Shown here: piece by piece, positions 52,421-64,000 of the stretch
Numbering within the stretch: position 1 is the first letter of the stretch
Layout: every line of letters begins with the position of its first letter
Assembly: GCA_963693365.1 (NCBI GenBank)
Contig: CAVNZM010000015.1
Location: 5,339,502-5,403,501, forward strand
DNA length: 64,000 nt
From: Amoebidium appalachense
Lineage: Eukaryota > Protista > Ichthyosporea
Direction of reading: 5' to 3'
Made by a program: the position numbers and the translations under genes
The notes under the pieces: generated by a model
Seen by the model: only the letters and a program-made list of their open reading frames with translations
Told to the model about the DNA's origin: nothing
The model's database searches: none

Positions 52421-52886
52421 CCCTCCCTCCCCCCTCCCCCCTTCCTCCCTCCGTCCCTCTCTCTCTCTCTCCCTTCCCCCTTCCCTCCCTCCCTCTCTCT
52501 CTCTCCTCTCTCCCTCCATCCCTCCCTCCCTCCCTCCCTCCCCCCTCCCTCTCTCTCTCTCTCTCTCTCTTCTCTTTCTTCCCTTCCCCCCTCCCCCCCC
52601 CCTCATTCCCTTCCTCCCTCCCTCCCTCCCTCCCTCCCTCCCTCCCTCTTGTCACTCACGCAGAAACACACACCATTAACACATCAGCACACACATACAC
52701 ACTCATGGACACATACACACACAAATTCCCGGCTCTGACAGGCACATAGGGACTCCCACCCATCCGTTTCTCTGTTTTCCTTTCGTTTCTTCGGCCTTTC
52801 CCGTTGATCCCCACACTCATCCGTTGCCCTGCCGTGAATTCCATATTTCGTGTTTATCGCTTGGACTAAGGGCGATTCGTGTGTGT

Positions 52887-52976
<90 letters not shown>

Positions 52977-53885
52977 GTGTGTGTGTCCGTGCATGTGTGG
53001 AGTGTGCGCGCGTGTGTTTGCATGTGTTTGTCTGTGCGTCCATGTGCTACATGCTAACCTGTGTGTGTGTGCGCGTGCATTCGCGCATGCGTCCGTGCAT
53101 CTGTGTATTTTCACGCATGTGGTGTGTTGGGGCCTATTGTGTGGTCATGGTAATGGTAGCAGTGGGCGGGTGTGTGTGTGTGGGCGGGGCGGGGGTGGGG
53201 GGGGGGGTGGGGGAGGGGGGGGGTGGTGATGGTGGTTTGCACATGAGTGTCAGGGGGTTGATACGCCCAAGCGTGGACGTGCAGCTTTTAAGCCCAAGGG
53301 CTACCTGGCAATGGATTTGCCAAGCCCCATTTTCTATATATTCCTCACTCAAATATACAAAATGGCACTATCCCTTCCTTCCTTACCCCCATGCCCCTCC
53401 CCTCAACATTTTTTTTTCGGGGCACAAAAGAGAAGAAACGAAATGCACAGGTAAAAACCCACAGCTAATAGCATCCCCGGCGTTTTATTTTTGCGACTCT
53501 TTGTGGTTTGTTTCTTGGTCTCCTGTCCATATTTCCAACTCTCTTATGCATACATCAACCCCCCTCTCCCTGCCGCCCTCCCTCCCCTTCCGCCGTGGAA
53601 AGCACATCAGCACATCGCTCTCCCCTTCCCCTCTTCCTCCCTCTACACACAAACGCAAGTGTACACTTACTCAGACGTGCGCACATGCAAACACGCACAC
53701 ATGCACATGTATACCCACGCACACACATATCCCTGCATTGACGCATTTGCACAGGCGCTCGCACGCACACACACACACACACGTACACGCACGTACACAC
53801 ACTTACACAAGCACGGACTCACACACACGTACTCGCACGCGTACTCACGTACACGTACACGCGCACCCCTATATGGAGAAGCTCC

Positions 53886-53916
<31 letters not shown>

Positions 53917-53937
53917 ACCCCTACATTAAACCCTCGT

Positions 53938-53974
<37 letters not shown>

Positions 53975-54533
53975 CCCCCACACACACACACACCTTTGCA
54001 TGTGTCCTTCGTGTATGCGTACTTCGTACCGTGTTCCGCATTCACACCCCCCAGTCTTCTTTCAGAGGTGTCCTTTCAGGACAGACCACTGTGTGGAGAC
54101 CGCTTTACTTCCATGCAACCGGGCATGGTTGCTCTGTGTCGTGCATCTGTAAGCACATACGCATTTTTCGCTGCACTGCATTAGTTTGCACACACATATT
54201 CACCGTTTTGCTCACCTTGCTTGCATAAGCACCCTGCTCGTCTTTGATCAAGACGGGTTGACCCTCCCAAGGTCAGTTGATGCTGCTGTCTGAGTTGGAG
54301 AGTCGTATATACGCGGGCTAAGGGGTCGAAACTCAGACGCAATTGATGACTTGGGCCCTCACTGAGGATGGGCTCTGCTTATGACGCATACTGTGCGCAT
54401 GGCTATGTTGCATACTTGAATGTTTGCCTTTGCATGTGTCCTTCGTGTATGCGTACTTCGTACCGTGTTCCGCATTCACACCCCCCCCTCCCCACACACA
54501 CACACATACCCCCTCCCCCCCCCCCTCCAAAAG

Positions 54534-54580
<47 letters not shown>

Positions 54581-56088
54581 ACACACGTACACACGTACAC
54601 ACACACGTACACACACAGGCTTCTAGGTCCAGCAGGAGTCAAACCAGGCCGCCGAAAGACCCTCGTCTTAGACTTAGACGAAACCCTCGTCCACTCGAGC
54701 AGTGTTGCACTAGGCCCCCACCACGACTTATGTTTTGAAATCTACATCGACAGGAGGGTAACACAGTTTTACGTTTACAAGCGGCCCTTTGTGGATGTGT
54801 TTCTGAGAGAGGCGTCTGTGTGGTATGATGTTGTTGTGTTCACGGCCAGTGTGAAGGAGTATGCGGGCCCTGTCATCGATGCTTTGGATAGCCCTGGCCC
54901 ACAGGGGAGATGTATGAAACGCCTCCCTCCCTCCCTCTCACCCCCCCCCCCCCCCCCCCCCCTACCCCCCCCCTTCCCTTTCCCCCTCCTCCCCTCCCCA
55001 CCCGGTTTCGGCTTCTCCTCCCCCTCCCTCCTCTCTCGTCCTTATCCCCCCCCCCCCCCCGCCTCCCTCTCCTTTCCCATGACTCCCTCTCCCCACCCCC
55101 TCCCACCCCCCCCCCCCCTCGCCTGAACAACGGCAAGATGTTAGATGTGGTGGGTTTGTACATTTTGGTATGTAACACCCCATCTAATTCAGCTTATAAG
55201 CCATCTTCCCCTCTCCTCCCGCGCATACCACACCACCCATTCCACTAACCTGATTGGCCCACACCAACCAATCACACACAGTGATCCAGCGGCGCTACTA
55301 TCGTGAGAGCTGCAATGGGCCGAACTTTGCCAAAGACCTGAGCATAGTGGACACAAACCTGGGGGGGGTTATAATAGTCGATAACTCACCTATGGCTTAC
55401 AGTACTTTCCCGGTATGTGCATGCAGGCGATTACACAGACGTGCATGCGGGTACATTTACATGCATTTATGTATGTATCACATATACATATGCGTGCATA
55501 CACGTAGGCGCACATACTTGCACATGCATGTGCACGTAGGTACACATACATCTGTATTCACTTGTGCACACATGCTGGCATGCATGTGGGCACACATGTC
55601 CACATTACCCTCAAACACAGAGACACACACACAGAGAGAGTGTGTGTGAGTGGGGGGGGGGGGGGGGGGGGGAGGGGGGGAGAGGGGGGGGGGGGGGGGG
55701 AAGGAGTGAAAGAGAGAGGAGATAGAGAAAAGAGAGAAAGAGGGACGAAGCATTTGTTTGCCTCGCATGTACACACGAGAACACGGGCGGAACACTTTCT
55801 TCTTCCACCTTTTTACCTCTCGTCACTCATTCTACCACGATCCCCTCCCTTTCCTAACTGCCCCAACCTCGTTTTGCGTAAAAGAAATGAAAGCACGCAA
55901 CCTCTCCCATGATACTGGTTTGTGTGGGTCAATCATGAAAAGATGGACCATTTGTGGTGTTTTTTTTGGGAGGGTTTGTGGGTGGGTGTGCGTGCTCGTG
56001 TGCATGTGTGCATGTGTGCGTGGTGTGTGTGCCCCACAGGGAGGGGGGGCGGGGGGGGGGGGGGGGGGGGGGGGGGGTGCGCGCGCGC

Positions 56089-56154
<66 letters not shown>

Positions 56155-56814
56155 CGGGGAGGGGGGAGGGGGGGAGGGGGCAGTACTTGCAGACTGACTA
56201 AAAACAACGAACAGGACAACGCAATTCCCATCGAAACATGGATCTGCAATAAGGTACAGTCCCTGCTAAGCACACACAGACACACACACACACATGCACA
56301 CGGGTACACACAGTTTTCCACACACACACACACACACAACAAATGTACGTGTTTATTTTGTGCCCCTGATCAATGGAGCTACACTAGGCAACTCGCCACG
56401 TCTTTTTTTCAACTCCCAGTGCGTTTCTGGGGGTATGGCATGGCTTCTGGTCTCTTTCCGCAGCCTGTGTATGGTGCATTGTGTGCATAGCCATTGGTTG
56501 GGTTGTGGCTTATTCTTTTGCAGTTGATTGGCTGTTGGGTTTAATGGGCATTGGATTGGTTTCTGTGGCTGACCAACCTCCCCCCCCCCCCCCCCCCAAC
56601 TTCATATGCCCATTTTTTGGCACGCGCGCGCACACACACAACACGCATGCACACACACACACACACACACACACACGTGTACACGTGTACACACGTACAC
56701 GTACAGGATGACACGCAGCTACGAGACCTTCTCCCCTTCCTCCGGGCACTGCATTCAGTCGATGACGTCAGATCCATTTTAAAATTCCGCAACATCAACC
56801 AAGTGCGCCGATAG
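50415..56814 (+). CDS. CTDNEP1: CTD nuclear envelope phosphatase 1 (Dullard/Nem1-like, FCP/SCP family); exons 50415-50513, 52207-52259, possibly 53254-53307, 54619-54911, 55282-55412, 56215-56253, 56707-56814
   Basis: [66 protein letters not shown] and [21 protein letters not shown]. The short amphipathic N-terminus ([17 protein letters not shown]) resembles CTDNEP1. The 5' exons are less certain than the catalytic ones. Confidence 0.85.
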
Positions 56815-57001
56815 CTGGGCATAGCCTTATATGGTTAGGCGCTAAGTATAGCAGCCAATGACTGGCGCTGCGTTATTCCTATATGGGGACTTAAAGCAAA
56901 CATGTCTACAAATAAGGCAAGTTCGTTGCTTGCATGATGTGTGTGTGTTGTGGGCCAAGATAGGTTCCATGGAGGAGGATGGACACACACCCACACAGGC
57001 A

Positions 57002-57083
<82 letters not shown>

Positions 57084-57087
57084 AACA

Positions 57088-57149
<62 letters not shown>

Positions 57150-57579
57150 AACACACACACACACACACACACACACGTGCTCAAACATTCATTTACACGC
57201 TCACGTACACTAAGGTTGTCTATTCATAATGTCGCGCGTCAAAGCAAGCCCCTTGGTTGCCTCTCATTCCATGAGTTTTGTTTTTCCCGAACCATTATTG
57301 GGCTATCCCGAACCATTATTGGGCGATACCACTTCCCTGCTCAGATTTTCTTCGTTTTCTTTGCTTCCTTGTACAATCAGCCAAAATGGACAGTCCATAG
57401 CGTTTGGTGTTATACTTGTATGTCGTGTGTATTGGTTCTGGCTGTGTTTGGTGAGTTAGTTACACCCGATTGGTTACTAATATCACCATTGACCCAGATA
57501 TATAGCAACACATGTGCACATAGGTGTGGCCTGGTGCCCCAACCACCGATCAATTAAAATTGATGTGAAGTGATCATTA

Positions 57580-57655
57580 CCAGACCCTCCATCTTTCATA
57601 TCAATATTAGACCTTCCATCTTTCATATCAATATTAGACCCTCCATCTTTCATAT
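57580..57655. repeat. 27-bp tandem repeat x3 (AGACCCTCCATCTTTCATATCAATATT)
   Basis: Directly visible. Confidence 0.9.
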
Positions 57656-58982
57656 TTATCATTGAGTCAATCGGTGTGGTGCCATATGATTGCCTGCAAT
57701 ATTCCCTCTCTGCTACCCGAAACAAACACCCGTGCCACTCGATCGTTGAAAAACGGAATCTAACAAAAGCCCATCACCCTGCAATGCATTTGTTTTTAAC
57801 ATGGTTGACTTCCAGATTCCAGTGGATTCCTTTTCCGGTGCTGTGCGCTCGTAAGAGGAGAAGGGCCCCCCCCCGGGGGGGGGGGGGGGGGGGAGGGGGG
57901 GATCCGGAGTTCTAAAACCAGGTTACAGCCTAGGCCAACTATAACCTACACACCAGTGGCAAAGAACGGTTTTTTTGTTTGTTTCATGTTTTATGCAGTG
58001 CAGTCACATAATCTCTTATGTTCTTATCCAGCATCGGCCGGACTGACCGAACTTGAAATCCCCCCTCCCTCCCTCGAATCCTCCGGCTCCCCTCACTACC
58101 CTCCCCTTTCGGCCAGGGACCTCGGGACCTGGGCCCCCTCTCCCCCCCTTCCCTGGCCTCCCTCCCGCCCCCCCCCTCCCCCCCCTCCCCGCCCCCTCGG
58201 ACACACACACACACACACACACACACAGCCACTCCCCCCCCCCCCCCCCCCCCCCTCCGGATCCCCCCCTCCTCTCGCCTCCACCTCCCCCCCTCCCCCC
58301 GGGCGCCGCCGGGCCCCAGCCCCATGGTGCGCAATGAGAAAAAAAACTTTGCCTAAGTAGACAGTCACTATAGAGCGAGCACATTTTGGGGTTTGGGGTT
58401 CTTCTGTATTGCCGATTGAAACTTCGTCAAACATTTATGAGAAGTTCATATTAGTTGCTTAAAAAGACAAAGTAACAGTTGCGAATCATTATACCGTGCC
58501 CAATTCGTCCCGCCCTCCATCCCCCCCCCCCCCCCCCCCCCTTCCTGTCCCCCTCCCCCCTCCTTCCCCCACCCACAATGCATGCACCTTGGTACGCGTC
58601 TTGTTTGAAATGCACCTTTCTGTCAATGAGACACAATTTTAGCTTAGTTGATCACATAAATAGCATCCTAACTGGTGTAGTGTCGGTGCTGTGTGGTCGA
58701 CGGTAGTTTCGCTAGAGGGTCTGCAAAAGGTTCTTCGGGAACAAGACATGTTTGAAAATGAATTAAAAAGGCCAGTCAGACACAATGATCCAGCAATGCA
58801 GGGAGGGCCCGTTGGTATGATATTGGGCGTCTGAGTGAGTTTTGGAGGCCGCAAAATGGCAGATCCGATGTAATAAACCTCCTGGACTAGACCGAAATTA
58901 AGCGAAGACGGTGTGTGGGTGGGTGGTGGATGGGTGGGTGTTTTTTTTTTTTTTTCTTTTTTTTTTGTTTTTTTTTGTGGGT

Positions 58983-59020
<38 letters not shown>

Positions 59021-59558
59021 AATTATATTCAGATCTCTAACTTTGATGGAACCGCCTGATAGGACAGTACGTGTGAAAAGGGGATGGTGTTTGGCAGTGG
59101 TAGTGTTGGGGCGGGATGGGGGCTTAGGGTGCGAAAGAGAGGAGGAAGGAACTGGGAAAGAGGGGGAGGAGCCCGGGGGGAGGGGGGGGTAGGGATGGGT
59201 TGGTATCCTTTGCCTCTTTGGGTTCCCATCAATCTGCGCAAATATGTACCAGTGTTATCGTTGAACCAGTAGTGCAGTGGGATTGGTTGAAAAAAGAGAA
59301 CTAGTTAATACTAAGCCGCCCCAAAGACAGGGGGAGGGCTGGGGGACCGATGTGGGGCCCGGGAGAAGCCGAGGGGGTGGGCCCGGGGGAGGGGGGGGGG
59401 GAGAGAGAGAGAGAGAGAGAGGGAGGGTGGGGGGGGGGGGGGGGGTTAATATGTACCGAGACACCATCAGTCTCTGATGGAACTCGAGGAGGGGATACAT
59501 GGTAGGAGGATAGGATGGGCTAGTGGGGTATAATGTAGAGACGGGACACGAGCGAAAA

Positions 59559-59657
<99 letters not shown>

Positions 59658-59710
59658 TGTGTGAATGTGAGTGTGTGTGTGTGTGAATGTGAGTGTGCGT
59701 GTGTGCGTGC

Positions 59711-59769
<59 letters not shown>

Positions 59770-59849
59770 TGTGTATGTGTGTGTGTGTGCGTGCGTCTGC
59801 GTGCGTTTGCGTGTGAGCTTTTTTTTTTTTTTTTTTTTTTGGTGGGTGA

Positions 59850-59883
<34 letters not shown>

Positions 59884-60094
59884 GGGGGAGGGTGAGCCCG
59901 AAGTGGCTTTTAATGCCATTGAGATCTTCCCTGGTCTTCGTGTTTCTTTCTTCCCTTGGGGGCCAGGTTATTTGAAGATTGTCTAGCACAAATAATGCAT
60001 AATCATTTCCAGCTTTCAGTTATCAGTATATCCGGTTTACATTGCACAAACACAGAAGCTGCCAAGACAGTTTGGTTACCCAAGTTGTTGCAAC

Positions 60095-60144
<50 letters not shown>

Positions 60145-60753
60145 AAGGAAAAAAAAAAAAAAAAAAAGAGAAAGAAAGAAAGAAAAAAGACCCCCCCCCC
60201 ACCCCAAAACGGTTGCAGCCCCCCTCCCCTTCCCACCTTCCCCAATAAATAAAAAAAAGTGATGATGTTTTGCTGCCATGGCATCTGCAATAGTACTATG
60301 GGTTGGTTACGAACGTATCTCCAGATGGCCACATGGGCAGTGGGCCGCACGGTCCAAAATTTACTGGTGTCTGATTGGTTAAGGCTTCATTGAGCTACGC
60401 CACTCAGTCTGCACCAAATTCCACAATTGCTGCAAAGAGGTAACATGACATAGTAAATAACTTTATGAATATATGTTATCAAATATGAATATATAGCAAC
60501 TAATTAGTTTTAACTATAAACTTTGATTATATAAACATACATCAGCACATATAGAATCATGCCATTTACAGGCAGCGCCACGCCTGCTATGCGTCGTGGC
60601 AGTTTTTAGGCCCACCATCTTCAGAAACGTCCGTAAGCACCCCCTAGGTCATTTCCATTCTTTCTTTTCTTCGTTCTTGCTCTCTTTCACGTTTCTTCCT
60701 TCTTTCCCGCCTTTTTTCTTTTTCTTCACCCACGCCGCGCATGCATGCATCCC

Positions 60754-60803
<50 letters not shown>

Positions 60804-60961
60804 ATCCTCTCCTACACACACACACACAAGCATTTCATGGTAAGCACGTGAATGTTGCCCCAATCAAGAATGGCTGCAAGCGCTGATCATAAAACGACTC
60901 TGAGGTTGGTGGGTGTGTTCAATGGGGAGAGAGATGTGCATGCCTGGCAATCAAGCGGGGG

Positions 60962-61007
<46 letters not shown>

Positions 61008-61041
61008 GCGGTTGCCCCCCCCCCCCCCCCCCTCCCCCCCC

Positions 61042-61078
<37 letters not shown>

Positions 61079-61440
61079 CCCCCGCGGAGGGGAATACTGG
61101 ATTATTACCCAGGGGGACGTCGATTTTGCTAATCCCCCTTCCCCTCCCCCCTCCCTCCTTCCTTCAATGATATGAAACTATATCGGATTCGGAATACGTA
61201 GAATCCCAAAACTCGGGAACATACGTGAGATACCGTGTTGAAAAGCCTATATCAAATTTGCTCTACTTGGTTAATCATCAGTCTGGTTATGGTGAGTCTC
61301 TACTGTTCCAAATGTGCAACGATGGATTAACTGGAAGATGCATTGAAGTTTCACAACAGCGTCCTGTGAAGTTGTTTTTGCATCCACGCGCATACACACA
61401 CACCCACACAAATACGACAAAAACACACAAGCACACGCAC

Positions 61441-61750
<310 letters not shown>

Positions 61751-61783
61751 CGCGAACATTTCAACTTCAACTAGCAGTCAAAC

Positions 61784-61837
61784 ATTTTATTATTGTTGAC
61801 GCTGGGTAGGACGAATTTGCGTCAACAATAATAAAAT
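61784..61837. other. Perfect 19-bp inverted repeat with a 16-nt loop
   Basis: ATTTTATTATTGTTGACGC ... GCGTCAACAATAATAAAAT. Confidence 0.9.
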
Positions 61838-62696
61838 AAGTGCGAACACCTACATGCTTCCCGGGTCCTTCTCCACCTCCCAGGAGTTCAAAGGTGTTTG
61901 ATTGATTTTCTTAAATTTCTAGATTTTCTACCTCTTTCATTTTTTTTATTTCTTTGCCGTTAATAATGAAGTGGATCCCGACACGGTTTGTATACCTTGC
62001 ACCGACCTTGCGAACTTCACAGGTGAACAGTTCCACACGTGGCACGCACGCTTTTAAAGCCTTATAATTGGAGAATAGAAAGTACTATAAACGATTTGAT
62101 TCGGTTAGAGCACATCACTGTGGAATGTGCGAATAGATCTATCACCGCCCTCATTATTCTCCCCAGCAATTAGAATCCCTTTGCATGGTCAAAGGTGTAC
62201 TTGTAGGATTGATTAGGTGAGACACACGGATACGAGGTTTCTTCGTGATAGCTATAACTAAAAAATACGTGTATAAAAAACAGATAACTTAATAATTTTT
62301 CTCATCGAATATAATGGTACGGCAGAATTTGAAAAAATCATTTCTAAACTGATCTATACACAAATACAAACCTAAGTTGAAGAGTATAGGGAGAGTAGAG
62401 CTCCGAAAGCGGCATGAGCGGCAAGTGATTTGGCAATCGCAGCCGCTTTGAAGCTGCCGCAAGCAGCTTGGTATGTGCATGGTCCCCCACAGTGATTCGA
62501 TAAAAAGAAAAGGAAAGCAGAGGTCGGATTTAGTGTGTTTTGCCCGTTACGCACCAGCATGGCAAAAATGAGTATAATACGATAGTAAGATGGCGATTAT
62601 TTTATGTTTTAGACACGAGTACGTAGAATCTCGAGGCATTCTTTGTACAGAACTAAGGTGCTAGTTAGGGAGCGTGTACACCTGTTCGATGGCATG

Positions 62697-62932
<236 letters not shown>

Positions 62933-63025
62933 GCCCCCCCCCCCCCCCCCCCCCCCCCACCGTCCAGGCCTCTCCATCCCTCCCCCCTCTCTAAAGCTAG
63001 ACTGATAATTCGCATGGACTAATTA

Positions 63026-63434
63026 GGACACTTGAGTCCTTATTAGCTAAAATCGGATATCGCGCTATATCTGGCATATGACCATAGCAATTAAAGGGGG
63101 AAAAAAGCAGAAACGTGAAGCTGAAGTCATGCCCGTTACAGCGATATATTGTTTGTGGGGTCTGCGATGACTGACATCTTCGGGGAGCATTGTGCCGGCA
63201 AAGTTTGCCCTTTTTGCGGAAGCACGTGTTTTTTAATGCAAATCTTGGTAGAAAGTAAAGTGGAAGCGCTTGTGTGTTTCTCAGGCAAAAAAAACAACCG
63301 TACACGTGAAAACAGACCACATGAGCTTTCCAATGCCACCATCCCGACCTCAACATCTTGATTCTGAGGCAACTTAGCTAAGGGCTACTTTCAGTCCTTT
63401 TTAGCGAGGATTTTAGCTCAGAGTGTCCCAATTA
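63026..63434. mobile_element. Possible MITE with imperfect TIRs
   Basis: CTAATTAGGACACT...AGCTAAAATC is inverted as GATTTTAGCT...AGTGTCCCAATTAG. No convincing TSD was seen. Confidence 0.45.
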
Positions 63435-64000
63435 GCTTCCCGGAACAGATGAGCAAGATGATGGAGGTCAAACGTTTTCGCTCTTGCTGGAAAGTGTTCT
63501 CAGTGGCCCTTAAATGCTCAAAACGTGAACAAAACGCGTTTTTTTGGCTTCTTCGGGGTTATTTTTGCCCTTTGTTTCACCTTTGTGCCCATGGTAATGG
63601 GTGCCCCTTTGGTCCTAAATGCACCGGCCTCCGTCTGTTTTGCTTGTCAGAACCAGACATCGTTTTCATATGTCACCGTGAGAAGACTCAAACCGCCGGC
63701 TGCCAGGCCTCGGAGCCGCTCAGTCCCTCAAACCTCTTTCGAAGTCGGTTATTTCGGTGGTCATGTAGCCTGTGGAGGTTCATAAACCCTTCAGAAAGAC
63801 ATATAATGCAATAACGTATGTTTTCTGGCCCTTTTTCATTTGGTTTTGTCATGTTTTTCTGCAACCATAACGGTTGCGCTCCGTCCTATCTGCAGTCAGT
63901 CGGTCGATCGCGACAAAATGAACGAAAAACGGCCTCACCCTCCCCTCTAAAACCGTTTATAACTTGAGCGCTGTTATTCCAATGACCTTGACGTATTAAT

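Noticed and set aside
53992-54487. ~58-bp duplication in a CTDNEP1 intron (also small duplications near 15586 and 57286)
   Set aside because: Ordinary local duplications with no further structure.

Overview
Intron-rich eukaryotic nuclear DNA, saturated with poly-G/poly-C, (CA/GT)n and (GA/CT)n tracts that generate nearly all of the supplied ORFs. The gene content (7TM-RGS, fungal-type LCCL membrane protein, CTDNEP1) suggests a unicellular opisthokont such as an ichthyosporean; this is inference only. I reconstructed six genes by hand: the 5' part of ACADM (-), a 12-exon LCCL/FN3-like multi-pass membrane protein (+), a Cof-type HAD phosphatase (-), an intronless 7TM-RGS (-), a ~408-aa histone H2B variant (-) and CTDNEP1/Dullard (+). 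There is also a decayed transposon-type PIF1 helicase. Mobile DNA includes a TTAA-flanked Kolobok-like MITE, a three-LTR tandem TRIM with a copia-type PBS inserted into the tip of a TA-flanked MITE, and 694-bp direct repeats carrying a ~140-bp hairpin around the PIF1 remnant. The most notable observations are: (1) the giant H2B variant with an RGG plus acidic ~300-aa tail and a natural K120R; (2) the PIF1/direct-repeat/hairpin element; (3) the nested tandem TRIM with a hypervariable 13-bp array; (4) microsatellites sitting where polypyrimidine tracts are expected at splice acceptors. All exon coordinates were read by eye, and homopolymer lengths may be inflated by sequencing error.
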